Source: Octopus sinensis
Taxonomy: Eukaryota
Length of the DNA stretch: 64,000 bases
Assembly (NCBI RefSeq): GCF_006345805.1
Contig: NC_043005.1
Location: 11,594,001-11,658,000, forward strand
Reading direction: 5' to 3'
Below are positions 26,678-39,919 of the stretch, in pieces (within the stretch, counting starts at the first letter, position 1; every line of letters starts with the position of its first letter). A model generated the notes under the pieces. The model made no database searches and was not told the origin of the DNA. It was given only the letters and a program-made list of their open reading frames with translations. The translations under genes were made by a program, and so were the position numbers.

Positions 26678-27761
26678 TTTTGCCTCTTTGTATATGGTTT
26701 AACAAATACCTTACTACGAAGCAGTCCGTGATCCGAGCAATATTCGGGAATTTTATGAGTTCTTGCTTATTAATCTGCAATCACAGCGACCTTTGCTCTT
26801 AGTTATGAGATAGTCAAGCATGTGTCAGTTACCAGATCGAATAGGCTTCGAGGTGTTTTTATAGTCATCTGCCGGCTGAAGCACTGTGCTTGTATTTGTT
26901 AAACTAAATTTTGACAAAACGACAGCAGTTGTAAACCACTTGCATTTATCTTTACTATTACTTTTGGCCACACTGTGTACTCGTTACCTATTCTGGAATT
27001 AGAATCGCCCATCAATAGGACTTTGTCACGATATAGAATTTTACTGATAACCATCTGCGATTTGGAATACAAAATGTTATGTTCTTGTTCGGATGCTGAT
27101 AAAGTAGGTGAATATGGACTGATAACGTGCATGGTTATACGGAATGTCATGAGATGCACATCAACAGCTCGAGGGATAGATGGCAGCTTGCGCAGTAGAG
27201 TTGATTTAATTTACTTGCTAAGGTTATCTATCGCTACAGATATTCAATGGAAATTATAGCCAACACTGATTTTTATTACGACGTTTCGTATCCGAAACGT
27301 CAGATGTAATGGAAAAACCAACACCATGAATTCTTGGTTCACCTGTCGTCTTTCCGCTGAAAAGAAATGTATAGTCACTTCCAACCTTTTCTAATTCACG
27401 TGTCTGGAAGCCTGGTTTCACTCAGAGTAGCAACATCAAAATTGTACGAACCGATTATCTTTGCAATTAGTGCTGTTTTTCGTTCTAGACTATGTTTGCT
27501 GTCTTATAAAGTTCTTACATTCCAGCAATCAAAGATCAGTATGTTTCTTCTATCTTTTTTTATCTTTGTTTCGACTGCAATAAACTGGATGGCCAGAGAT
27601 TTGCAGTTAACGCCAAACGTACTGAAGACAACACATTTTTAGAGTTCCTTTTCCCACTCTGCATACGATATCGGAAAAACAGTGTTAACGTAGGTAAGCT
27701 TGCTTGCCATCCAAATCAGGTCACAAATCTTGCTGATACCTTCGAATTCTGCAAATAAATG

Positions 27762-27992
27762 TATTTCTTTACTACCCACAAGGGGCTAAACACAGAGGGG
27801 ACAAACAAGGACAGACAAAGGGATTAAGTCGATTACATCGACCCCAGTGCGTAACTGGTACTTAATTTATCGACCCCGAAAGGATGAAAAGCAAAGTCGA
27901 CCTCGGCGGAATTTGAACCCAGAACGTAACGGCAGACGAAATAGGGCTACACCTTTCGCCCGGCGTGCTAACGTTTCTGCCAGTTCGCCGCC
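27762..27992 (-). mobile_element. SINE family M monomer (tail type 1), 11-bp TSD
   Basis: TSD AATTCTGCAAA at 27745-27755 and 27998-28008. Confidence 0.92.
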
Positions 27993-28325
27993 TCTATAAT
28001 TCTGCAAAGAAATGGCCATCGCCCTCTGCGTCTTCTATGTATGAAGCTCTGGCTAGGAACTTCCAGCAACACCCTTTGCCTATTCTCGTCGCTGTATTCC
28101 GTCGCCACAGGACTTTCAACTTACCTTCAAACTACCTCCACCATGAATTTTGTTTTAAATGGTACGGGTTTGTGTCACTTGTCAGACTCTCTCGTTCAGA
28201 TAGCCTAGACTCTGATGCATATTAATTTTCCGCGAGGAAAAATCTGTCCGGATTCAGGACTAGTGGCTAGAGAGCGCTGAAGCTGGTATTTGCTCAAGTT
28301 TCAATAACAAGTGGAACTCGTATGC

Positions 28326-28363
<38 letters not shown>

Positions 28364-28410
28364 GACAATAATAATAATAATAATAATATAATAATAATAA
28401 TAATAATAAT

Positions 28411-28610
28411 AATTCTTTCTACTAAAGACACAAGGCGTGAAACTTTTTTAGGAATTGGGACCAGTCGATTACATCTATCCCACTGATTCACTGGTTTGGA
28501 TGAAAGTCAAAGTCGAACTCGGTGGAATTTGAACTCAGAACGCAGCGGCAGTCGAAATACCGCCAAGAATTTTGCCCGGCGTACTATCAATTCTTCCAGC
28601 TCGCCGACTT
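28411..28610 (-). mobile_element. SINE family M (tail type 2) next to (ACT)n(AAT)n
   Basis: Family core plus tRNA-like head. Confidence 0.82.
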
Positions 28611-29249
28611 AATAATGATAATAATAATATAATAATAATATAATAATAATAATAATAACAAACAACAGCATCAATAATGAATATGATGTGTATGATTCCC
28701 ACTGCGAAAGATATGACGTAGGCTGGTACTTATCCTCGTCCGACCATTACTCAGGAGTTAGCTCCTGGTTCGTAGTTCTTTCGCCTTCATCTCAAGGAAG
28801 AAGCCATTGCCAGTGACAAGTTGTCCTCAAGGTTACTATGTAACCTCATCAACCCCAGTTTTTAAATCAGAGTGTTCCTTCCCTTAGACAAACTGCCAAC
28901 CAAAGCTAACGATTTCTGTCTAACTACCGAACAAACGATCTTGAACTGGATTAGGTATACAGTCTAACAAACATTAGCCTGTCTTCTTTGGACTAATCCT
29001 ACCAAATATTGCTTGTTCCCATTCCAACAGAACAAAGAGACCTAACTCACATTTACATTACCCCTAAGCTCTCCATTTATTTTTTTATATTTCCAGTATT
29101 GTTTTTAACTTTAACTTTTTGTTTTATATGCTCTTATTTTCCCCTAAGAACAACTGTGTTTACTTTTGAGTCTGGACGATTGCAACTAGTACACAACACT
29201 TTTAGTCATGATAGTTTTCGGAGGAGTTCGTATAATCTTTTCTACTCTA

Positions 29250-29448
29250 AGTACAAGGAACGAAATTTTGGAGGTGGGACCATTCGACTAGATCGATCTC
29301 AGTACGCAACTGCTACCTAATTTATCGACTCCGAAAGGATGAAAGGCAAAAATGACCGCAGCGGAATTTGAACCCAGAACGTAAAGATAGACGAAATACC
29401 GCTACGCATATCGCCTGGCGTGCTAGCGATTCTGCCAGTTCGTAGCCT
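29250..29448 (-). mobile_element. SINE family M (tail type 2)
   Basis: Family core plus head. Confidence 0.82.
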
Positions 29449-29590
29449 TGAGGGGCTTGCATAATATGCTGTGTACTAGTTACAATCATCCTGGCTCAAA
29501 AATAAACATGCCTGTACTTAGAGAGAGAAAAAAAAACACAACATATAAAACGAAAAGGAATTCTTTCTGTCGCTTCTGACGAACTGCACA

Positions 29591-29667
29591 GTTACGGGGA
29601 CGTAATCACACCAACGTTGGTTGTCAAACATTGATGTGGGGGACAAACAGACGCAAAGGCACACAGA

Positions 29668-29705
<38 letters not shown>

Positions 29706-29853
29706 ACGGGTGTCTTTCAGTTTCCGTCTACCAAATCCGCTCACATTACATTTTAGGCTATAGTAGAAGACACTTGTCCAAGGTGTCATGCAGAGAGACT
29801 GAACCTGGAACCATGTAATTGTGAAGCAAGCTTATTACCACACGACCATACCT
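29591..29853 (-). mobile_element. SINE family C, 3'-truncated, with internal (TA)n
   Basis: TTTCAGTTTCCGTCTACCAAATCC...GAACCTGGAACCATG...ACCACAC. Confidence 0.82.
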
Positions 29854-30033
29854 ACTGCTTTCGTCTCTAAAAGAGATTTTCCTGAGTTTGTTTGCTTGTT
29901 ATATATGTGAGTGAGTGTATGTACGTGTGTGTGTGAGTGTCATACATGTAATGTTTGGCCCCTGAGTCTGCTTTATAATTCTTCGGCTGATGACTCATAT
30001 ATATTACATACACAGACACAAAGATAAGTGTAT

Positions 30034-30065
<32 letters not shown>

Positions 30066-30379
30066 ATATATATATATATATTTATTTATTTATTTATTTA
30101 TATTTATGTGTGTGGCCATGTATGCATACATAAACAGCTCAATAAAATGTGTCCTTACATTTCCATGACCAGCACAGTAGTGTTAAACCGGTGTAATCTA
30201 TTCCCACTAGCCTCTAACAAATTAATCCTGAGTACATATATATATGTATATTGTATCTTAGCTGAAACTAATAACTTCAAAGGATTCTCTCAAAAGAGCA
30301 ATTCGCAACTGAAAGGAACTTTATTAATATTCCCTCTGCATTCTTCTGCTTGTCTCTTCTGCTTTTGTTGTTGGTTTTA

Positions 30380-30680
30380 CTAGTTGTTGTTGTCAACATT
30401 TTGATGAAAGAAGTGTACTGAGGTATGAAAGTTTCAGATATTGTAATTTTTCTTTTCCCGTACTGCTGTGTAAAACGTGGTGCAGTGTAAAATGGTTGAA
30501 ATATAGCAGTGCTGGAGTGCTTATATTATATCTGGAGTGTTTCCAAGCTTTTCTTAATTCAATTGGATGATAGTTTGTGTCTCAAGGCGATAACATATTC
30601 CAAATATTCTAATATTTCCATGTCGACTGGTTTGTTCCCTTCTTATCTGTGTAGTGTATCTGTGTAGGAATATTGCCAAG
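30380..30680 (-). mobile_element. Possible old LINE RT C-terminal relic
   Basis: Minus-strand EYLEYVIALRHKLSSN..TPALLYFNHFTLHHV loosely resembles the KYLGVxxDxKL..LYxxxIxPxL pattern. Highly decayed. Confidence 0.3.
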
Positions 30681-30966
30681 CAGTTGTTACCGACGTTGAA
30701 GATGGAGTAGGTGTTATTGTAGTTGATGATCATCCATGTTGTTTTTGTTGCTGTTTGCTTTTAAAAACGCCGAGCCACGTGGAAGCTAACGTGGAAATTG
30801 CTAGGAAGATGTACGCAAGTCTCGCAAGCCGAACTTGTTGTTACGCTTCCCTTCTGTCAAGCCTACGGATCAAAGGCAGGATCAACCAGTAGATGGTGCA
30901 TAGCTATAAGCCTGTGTCTAGTGTTCCATTATTACGAAAACGAGAAATTATGAGACAAATATATAT

Positions 30967-31155
30967 CTTTTACTCTTTTACTTGTTCCAGTCATTTGACT
31001 GTGGCCATACTGGAGCACCGCTTTTTGTCGAGTAAATCGACCCCATGACTTATTCTTTGGAAGCCTTGTACTTATTCTATCGGTCTCTTTTTGTCGAACA
31101 AGCATCGGTTGTTAAGCGATGTTGCGGGGACAAACAGAGACACATAAACACACAC

Positions 31156-31202
<47 letters not shown>

Positions 31203-31211
31203 GGCGGGCTT
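30967..31211 (-). mobile_element. SINE family C, 3' half
   Basis: Tail TTTTACTCTTTTACTTGTTCCAGTCATTTGACTG, truncated just past the internal microsatellite. Confidence 0.85.
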
Positions 31212-31784
31212 ATATATATACACCAAATTTTAGATCCGGTCCTTCTTGGAACTTCCATATGTATATCACTACATGTCTCTCCCAGTAGCTCATCTGTTTC
31301 ATTGATGCAACCTTCCTGGTGTAGCACCGCTCAACTGCTTGAAGTACCGCTTTTAATTCGACACTGTGGGATGACAATATGCTATATGTCTATAATGGAG
31401 AAAACGTCTGTGTATTCCTCATTCAGCACTCAATACGAACTCCTGACTACTTACAGTTTAAAACAGGTACTCAGCTTTAAACATGCTCACTGATGCGCGA
31501 ACCTCAGTGATTACCACTGTCATAATTGCGGTGTATGTAACCATTTCATTGAGAACATATGTGTCAAGGAAGAAGTCGATGAATCAATGCAGCGTGAGTT
31601 TAATACTCGTAATAATTGTTTCACAGTACCATTGTCTTTCAAATCACATTATATATTTGTGATTATACTGGCTAGAATATACAATGTAAGCATTATCATT
31701 CATATGTAATGTGGTTTGAAACGGAAGAGAACTGAAACCATTGTAGTCAGTTTTAAACTTGCGCTACGTTTCGTTTTTTACTTC

Positions 31785-32090
31785 ACTCGCTCTCCCTCTC
31801 TATCCGCTCAGTCGAAGTCGACTCTCGGTTACTCGTTGGATCAGTGTCCTCCAGTCAGTTCTATCCTGGGCCGCTTCTTTCAGATTGGCTATGTCCATTC
31901 CGATTTCACTCTTGACGGTGTCAAGCCAGCGGGTTCTTAGTCAGCTTCTTCCTCTCTTGCCACTGACCATTCCGAGCATGATGTCCTTCTCCAGGGATTC
32001 TCTCCGCATAATAAGACCGAAATATGCCAATCTACGCTTGGTGATCCCAGCTTCTAGCGACATTTTCGGCCTTATCTGCTTAAGAACTTC
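31785..32090 (-). mobile_element. RTE (BovB-like) LINE 3' end, 5'-truncated
   Basis: Minus strand gives SLEAGITKRRLAYFGLIMRRESLEKDIMLGMVSGKRGR..RWLDTVK..AAQDRTDWRTLIQRVTESRLRLSG*, the typical RTE ORF C-terminus. Confidence 0.9.
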
Positions 32091-32121
32091 TCCACACACA
32101 CACATATGCATACATATATAT

Positions 32122-32253
32122 TATGCTTTATTTAAAGCAGCAGAAAATTCAACAAAACCTGTTACTCTGAGTTTCACGTTGCCCGACGAACGGCAACGTG
32201 AAACTCAGAGTAACAGGTTTTGTTGAATTTTCTGCTGCTTTAAATAAAGCATA
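32122..32253 (+). repeat. Perfect 62-bp-arm palindrome containing a hammerhead core
   Basis: Arms 32122-32183 and 32192-32253 with an 8-nt loop. Plus strand reads CCGACGA-ACG(GCAA)CGU-GAA-ACUCAGAGU-A-ACAGG. Confidence 0.9.
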
Positions 32254-33118
32254 TTACTCTACCACTGGTATCTGAGTACTCTTTTTTCCACCTTGTTTCA
32301 CATTTATGTGTTTACTCCGGTACATATATATTAGATAGATATAGATATATAGATATAAATATAAATATGAACACACACACACACACACATAGAGGCGATG
32401 GGGATATGATGCGGCTGTACTGACATAGACGTTGTTGTTTAACATCAGGCCAGCCATATCGTGTGGAACTATGGCCAAGATCGTTCCAGAGAACCACGCA
32501 ACATGAAAACCACTGGAACACTCACATTCCTCATAAATGCATACACGCATGCAAAATAACACTTACTCAATTGTACACACATTCTCCATCATTCGCGCAT
32601 CTACGTAACCTAATTTTCACTTTCATATCGACGGGAGAAAATTATTTTTATCGAATGCGTTTTTCCTTTACTTTCACGCTGTTCTTCTCCGGTTCCTCCA
32701 CGACGATTCCATAATAACTGGTTTCTTGCTATAACAGACTTTAGCAGTTGTTCCCATTCTTTTTCTCCACCTCTTCTTATTCCCCCCCCCAGCCCCTACC
32801 TCCACCTACTCCTCCCATCCATCTCCTCTTTACTTACAGGTCAGATTTCTGTTCGTTATTTCTAATTCCGTCTCGCTGCAATCCCGCCCAAGAAACTCTA
32901 AGGTTTCACACTTAATTATAAAATGATGATGATGATAATGATGATGATGATCATCATCTCGATTATCTTTACATCATAATTAGTTTCCCATTACAACCAT
33001 AATCACAGCACCTTAACGATGATGATGATGATTATAATCATCATCATTGTAACTATTAACATTATATTAACACTTTTAATACCATCATTATAATTACTAT
33101 TATTATATTACTATTGTG

Positions 33119-33535
33119 AAGACGGCGAGCTGGTAGAATTATTATTAGCACGATTTAGAATTAGAATTATTAGCGATATGCTTAGCGGTATTTCGCCCGT
33201 CACTACGTTCTGAGTTCGAATTCCGCCGAGGTCGAGCTTACCTTTCATACTTTCGGGGTCGATAAATTAAGTACCAGTTACGCACTGGGGTTGATATAAT
33301 CGACTTAATCTGTTTGTCTGACCTTGTTTGTTCTCTCTGTGTTTAGTTCCTTGTAGGTAGTAAAGAAATAGGTATTTTGTCTGCCGTTACGTTCTGACTT
33401 CAAATTCTGCCGAGGTCGACTTTGCTTTTCATCATTTCAGGGTCGACAAAATAAGTACCAGTTGGGCAATGAGGTCCATGTAATTGACTTAACCTCTCCC
33501 CACAAATTTTCAGGCCTTGTGCCTGAGCAGCAATT
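33119..33535 (+). mobile_element. SINE family M dimer (head, tail-1 unit, headless tail-2 unit)
   Basis: Junction AAAGAAATAG|GTATTTTGTCTGCC at about 33370. Confidence 0.85.
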
Positions 33536-33717
33536 TTGGATGAGTGGATGGGTCGATATATCGGCCCTAGTGTTCAACTGGTACTTATTTTATCGACCGC
33601 GAAAGGATGAAAGGCAAAGTCAACCTCGGCGGCATTTGGACTTAGAATGTAAAGACGGACGAAATACCGCTAAGCACTTCGTCTTGCGTGCTAATGATTC
33701 TGCCAGCTCACCATCTT
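33536..33717 (-). mobile_element. SINE family M, tail-to-tail with the previous copy
   Basis: Family core and head on the minus strand, followed by (AAT)n/(AAC)n. Confidence 0.82.
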
Positions 33718-34695
33718 AATAATAATAATAATGATAATAACAATAATAATAATAATAATAATAATAACAACAACAATAATAATAACAATAATAACAATAA
33801 TAATTTAGTATTTATTTTGAATAAAGGACACCTGTCCTTTATTCATAACAGACTCAGTCTTCTAGTCTTAGATTTAGAAGTTGATAAGAGATAAATGAAT
33901 TAGAAATGAATTGCCACCCTTACCACCCTATGACCCCATTATGCTCCATACGATTCTTAGAAGTCGTAGTCAATACTTAGCTACGAAAGCGACAACATGG
34001 TTTTCTTCCATGTTCTTGCTCTGTTAAATATTTAAGAAAAAATAGGCTAATGTGTCCGACTTGTTAAAAGTCCATTTATTGCTTTGTACAGCCGAAGCGA
34101 ATTCGCATTACATAAATTGATGTGTAATAATTGTATTTTTCAATTATGAGTCACTTGAAACGGTCGTACTGCGCGATCGACCCCACAAACCACATACTTA
34201 TTTAACCCCCCCCCTACCATATATATGTGCATATATATATTTCTACACGTGTGTATGTGGACATATATATGTCGTTGCTGCTATGTTTAACTGTCGTATG
34301 TCTAAATGTTGCCAAATGCGGTTTTTTCAGCATTTGTTTTTGCTTGCAATAGCCGGTTCTTTTGGTCAAACTATCGTATCTCCAACTGCTTCAGATGCCA
34401 AGATATCGAAAACTGTCACAGTGTAGTAGAATGGTTTTTGCTATGGAATGTTGAAACTAGTTTTTCGTTTTCTGAAAAAAGCAATGTTTTGGACTTACGT
34501 ATTTTTGCATAATAGCAACGATATGTATAATAACGGACACACACACACACACACACATCGAATTTGATTTTATAAAATGCGTAAAATGATAATAGTATCA
34601 CCACCGTTTCGTAATGCTTTCTCTTAGAATAATTCGTATTTACAAATTACTTAATATCGTATATATTATTTTAATTTCCAGTTGGTTTATATCAC

Positions 34696-35097
34696 ACTAG
34701 CAGTATCGCCCGGCGTTGCTCGGGTTTGTAAGGGAAATAACTATATAAGCATTTTTAGAGATGTAAAGTAATAATAGCCATCTCAATATGGCTATCCACA
34801 AAGGGAGGGGGGTGTTACTGTAGCTTTTACGTCTTTTTACTGAGATTTTATAATAATTTTTAGAGAGTACTTCCCTTATATATGCCAAAAATGCATTCAA
34901 AATGTGAAAAATTGATGGTAAATTTTTTTTTAATCGTAGACTCATCGTAGACGCGCGCTAATACCCAGAAGGGCTCGATATGAATCACGACTATAAGATA
35001 CCCGGTTTTGGTTAAACTGCACCGCAAAATGTGGGAGTAGTTAGGAATCTAAATCGTAGGGGACAGACAGCACACAACCTCACTTTTATATATAAAT
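34696..35097 (+). mobile_element. Helitron/Helentron-type non-autonomous element
   Basis: ACTAGCAGTATCGCCCGGCGTTGCTCGGG start with a CCCG/CGGG hairpin. High similarity to 54783-55179 on the opposite strand. Confidence 0.75.
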
Positions 35098-35520
35098 ATA
35101 TTAAAGCGTTCACATTTATGGTTTCTTGTTTAATGCTGTTTATATTGGTTTCTTGTATTTTTGTTTTACATTTAATGAACTGATTTCTTTTTCTAACTAA
35201 ACTTTTACATATATTAATTTATACCTGATAGGATTTACTTTCCTCTTCATTTTTTAAAATCCTATTAAATTTATTAAAATTATTAAAGGTATCCTTCTTT
35301 TATCCTTCTATCATCATTAATTCTTTAAGCAACGGGAGCACCAACCCGAACAACCTAGTTTTCAATTTAATAATTATAAAATAAAACAACTCCAGATCGT
35401 CCCATAAAGAAATTCTAGAAAGTTTCGTTTAATTTGGTTCAATATATAGAATTATACCTGAGATTATTCCAGCAGAAACTCTTTGTGAAATCTTAAACAT
35501 TTCTAATTCCAGCGATATAC

Positions 35521-35931
35521 TCTTTACTCTTTACTCTTTTACTTGTTTCAGTCATTTTACTGCGGCCATGCTGGAGCACCGCCTTTAGTCGAGCTTATTC
35601 TTTGTAAGCCCAGTACTTATTCTCTCGGTCTCTTTTGCCGAACCGCTAAGTGACGAGGACGTAAACACACCAGCATCGGTTGTCAAGCAATGCTAGGGGG
35701 ACAAACACACACACACACAAACACACAAACACACACACTCACATATATATATATATATACATATATACGACAGGCTTCTTTCAGTTTCCGTCTACCAAAT
35801 CCACTCACAAGGCATTGGTCGGCCCGGGGCTATAGCAGAAGACACTTGCCCAGGATGCCACGCAGTGGGACTGAACCCGGAACCATGTGGTTGGTTAGCA
35901 AGCTACTTACCACACAGCCACTCCTGCGCCT
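35521..35931 (-). mobile_element. SINE family C, full length
   Basis: Reverse-complement match to 3681-4112, including internal (CA)n(TA)n and a repeated TACTCTT tail. Confidence 0.92.
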
Positions 35932-37192
35932 ATATTTTGCATCTATATTTTGATAAAAGCAGGCCATCGTTATCAGCTGCACGAAGGAACACATCATCGT
36001 TTCGTATCCAGAATTTTAGCCAAAGATTACAAGTATTAAAGCATGACTTAAGACACTCAACTTGATAAAGCACAAGAGTTATGGAATTTACAAGAAATCT
36101 ACAAATTCGTGACAAATCTGAATATCTGACACCCGAATTACCCTCCCCTTATTCGAAAGACCATATGATGCCGACTTTAATGACAATCTTACAATCTTTT
36201 TAATAAATCTCGCTAAAGTTTGTTACACATAGAAAACTACCCTCTCTGAGAAACCTGAGAGGCTTAAGCTTTAATCAACCGCTCCAATTCTATCGGAGTA
36301 AAGATTTTCAGCTTGACACTGTAACAACCATGTGTCTATAATACTAGTTAACTTCATAAAGCAATTAAGATTGATTACCCTAACTAAAATTATCAGTATA
36401 GCACTGACATTATCTTGCTAATTAGAATAACAAACGTTAATTGAAATAATACTCTCTGGTAAATAAAAAAATGTTCATACCAATTTTGATGTCAGCATAG
36501 GTCCTAGTAACTCGATGGAGTCAACAGATCTTGTTGAATTATATTATTCTACACAAACGGGAATGAAACTACCTACAGTCAATTTCAGAAAAAGAGCGGG
36601 CGATATGAAGACAGACAAAACAAACATTGCGTTCAGGGTATCCAATGAGACAAAACGTATGAATAAATAATTAAAATATATACAATTAAATGAGAATGAG
36701 TGATTTACAAAAAAATGAAGCGGAGGGCGCGATCGACCCCACAAACCACATACTCACAATGAAGCCTTTGCTTTCTTTTTTTCTTTTTTTTTGTTCTCGT
36801 TTAGACAGATTCTCTCACTCGCAACATACTTGCTACAGTCAAATGCGGATCACCGCGATGAGGGCATTCTCATATACAACGAATAAGAAATATTTAACTT
36901 TCACCGTTGATTACTGCAATCAAATTTTTAAAGCTTGTCGGTCAATGTCCTGCTAATTAAAGCTGGAAGCACTTCTCAAAGTTTCTTGTTTCGTTTATAT
37001 TCTTGCTAGTTCCATCTCTCTTTCACTTTAAATCAGCTGAATTCTTCAGTTATTAGATTATACATGCCACGTATGTTTTCCTCTTTTTTATGTAATTAGT
37101 TATTTTACTATTTCTGCTTGTATAAGTTTTTGTCTATGTATATCCTCTCTCACACACACACACACCACACACATATATATTATATATATATC

Positions 37193-37236
<44 letters not shown>

Positions 37237-37255
37237 TATATATGCATATATGTAC

Positions 37256-37290
<35 letters not shown>

Positions 37291-37354
37291 TAGGCGTGTG
37301 TGTGTATATATATATGGCATATATGTAACATATGTATATATATATATATCATAG

Positions 37355-37663
37355 TGAGGGCGCGTGGCTTAGTGGTTAGGGCATTCGGCTCATGATCGTA
37401 AGGTTGTGAGTCGATTCCCGGCGACGCGTTGTGTCCTTGAGCAAGACACTTTATTTCACGTTGCTCCAGTCCACTCAGCTGGCAAAAATGAGTTGTACTT
37501 GTATTTCAAAGGGTCAGCCTTGTCACTCTCGGTGTCACGCTGATTATCCCCGAGAACTACGTTAAGGGTACACGTGTCTGTGGAATGCTCAGCCATTTGC
37601 ACGTTAATTTCTGTTCCGTTGATCGTATCAGCTGGGACCCTCGTCGTCGTAACCGGCGGAGTC
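37355..37663 (+). mobile_element. tRNA-derived SINE, head B (CORE-like) + tail X
   Basis: GGGCGCGTGGCTTAGTGGTTAG...TGTGTCCTTGAGCAAGACACTT, then the tail shared with 11113. Confidence 0.88.
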
Positions 37664-37788
37664 TTTAAATATATACATCATATATACATACATACATATA
37701 GTACATACATATGTACAAACATATAATACATGTATATGTACATAAATATAAATATACATCCATATAACACATGCATATATATACATGC

Positions 37789-37820
<32 letters not shown>

Positions 37821-37822
37821 AT

Positions 37823-37886
<64 letters not shown>

Positions 37887-37913
37887 CATCTTTTACTGGG
37901 GATGCCCGGTTTA

Positions 37914-37976
37914 TGGGGTTACCCTGGGTTTCCCGTCCAGAAAGGCTTTAACTGTATTGCGTATCGTCAGACCCCA
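37914..37976 (-). ncRNA. Hammerhead-like motif, left arm of fold-back element
   Basis: UGGGGU-CUGACGA-(31 nt, weak stem II)-GAA-ACCCAGGGU-A-ACCCCA, with a 6-bp stem I. Confidence 0.65.
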
Positions 37977-38020
37977 AGACCTCTTAGCCTAAGACCTCTT
38001 AGGCCATCACATCAGATCTT

Positions 38021-38081
38021 GGGGTCGGACGATACGCCATAAAATTAAACCCTCTCTGGAGGGGAAACCCAGGGTAGTCCC
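38021..38081 (+). ncRNA. Hammerhead-like motif (U4G), right arm of fold-back element
   Basis: GGGGU-CGGACGA-(31 nt)-GAA-ACCCAGGGU-A-GUCCC. Stem I has two G-U wobbles. Confidence 0.5.
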
Positions 38082-38185
38082 TAAAATGGCCTTCGCCAGT
38101 AAAAAGCATTCACTGTTCTACTTCTTAGAGTGTGCTTCTTCTCCGGATTTATGTTTGCTACAAACGATATGTACATAATATATAT

Positions 38186-38216
<31 letters not shown>

Positions 38217-38677
38217 ATAATACACACATATATATATACATATAGATATACTGCAGCTATATATAAATGCATAGGTACATGCGCGCAGACACACGCACAC
38301 ATAAATAGAAAGAGAAAGAAAGAGAGAGAGAGAGAGACAATTACAGAAGCCCCTACACATCGTCATATATAGAAGCATGTACACATCAATAGATGTCTGC
38401 ATTTATATGTCTGCATTTACATATTTGGTAATTATCACAAGCCGTTATATAACTTACTTTTGAATAAATATACTCTGGTACTGAAACATTCGCACAAATC
38501 CGGTATTAATTTAGATAAACCAATGCATTCTAAATCCTTTGTTGTATTGGGTTCTTTTATGGTTAGAATTCCTCGTTCCTACACCTGAACGATATACTGG
38601 CACACACACACACCACACACACAGAGATATCGAATTATTTCCATAAACATTTTTTGATCACTAGCGTCTGTGTGTGT

Positions 38678-38699
<22 letters not shown>

Positions 38700-38725
<26 letters not shown>

Positions 38726-38909
38726 ATGTGTGTGTGTGTGTGTATGTGTGTGTCTGTGTGCGTGTGTGTATGTGTGTGTGTGTATATATACATATAAATG
38801 TATACTTACGAATAAACATATGTATACACATGTAGATACATACAATTAAAGACAAATGTTTTTGTACAAGCACATCTAATTATGCATATATCTGTGTGTT
38901 GTATATATC

Positions 38910-38960
<51 letters not shown>

Positions 38961-38961
38961 C

Positions 38962-39016
<55 letters not shown>

Positions 39017-39038
39017 ATAAACGTATATATATATATAT

Positions 39039-39072
<34 letters not shown>

Positions 39073-39140
39073 AACGCATATATATATCTACATATATATA
39101 AACGTATATATACACACATACACACACACACACTCACACA

Positions 39141-39203
<63 letters not shown>

Positions 39204-39309
39204 CGTATATACATATATATAAACATATATATATGTATATCCATAAACGTATATATATATGTGTGTATATGCGTGTATATGCGTGAGTGTGTCTTTGTAT
39301 ACTTGCATG

Positions 39310-39347
<38 letters not shown>

Positions 39348-39516
39348 GTGTGTGTGTGTGTGTGTGGTGTGTGTGTATGTGTGTGTGTGTATATATACAT
39401 ATAAATGTATACTTACGAATAAACATATGTATACACATGTAGATACATACAATTAAAGACAAATGTTTTTGTACAAGCACATCTAATTATGCATATATCT
39501 GTGTGTTGTATATATC

Positions 39517-39567
<51 letters not shown>

Positions 39568-39568
39568 C

Positions 39569-39623
<55 letters not shown>

Positions 39624-39645
39624 ATAAACGCATATATATATCTAC

Positions 39646-39683
<38 letters not shown>

Positions 39684-39749
39684 AACGCATATATATATCT
39701 ACATATATATATAAACGTATATATACACACATACACACACACACTCACA

Positions 39750-39811
<62 letters not shown>

Positions 39812-39919
39812 AACGTATATACATATATATAAACATATATATATGTATATCCATAAACGTATATATATATGTGTGTATATGCGTGTATATGCGTGAGTGT
39901 GTCTTTGTATACTTGCATG

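Larger units (their letters stand above)
25560..28290 (-). mobile_element. Decayed RTE-clade LINE (APE endonuclease, linker, start of RT), 3'-truncated
   Basis: Minus-strand peptides: CWNVRTL..ERKTALIA..DVATLSETRL..YTFLFSG..HGVG; ISPYSPT..VLLMGDSNSRIG; EDWFDENDSEI; KGISLSCIAGKILVR. Many stops and frameshifts. The 5' boundary is approximate. Confidence 0.85.

Noticed and set aside
28205-28290. HDV-like ribozyme at the RTE 5' end (UUCCUCGCGG)
   Set aside because: I could find only a simple hairpin and could not build the P1/P2/P1.1 nested pseudoknot.
28715-28990. Repeat-like, GC-richer segment resembling a LINE 5' UTR
   Set aside because: There is no second copy or diagnostic motif in the window.
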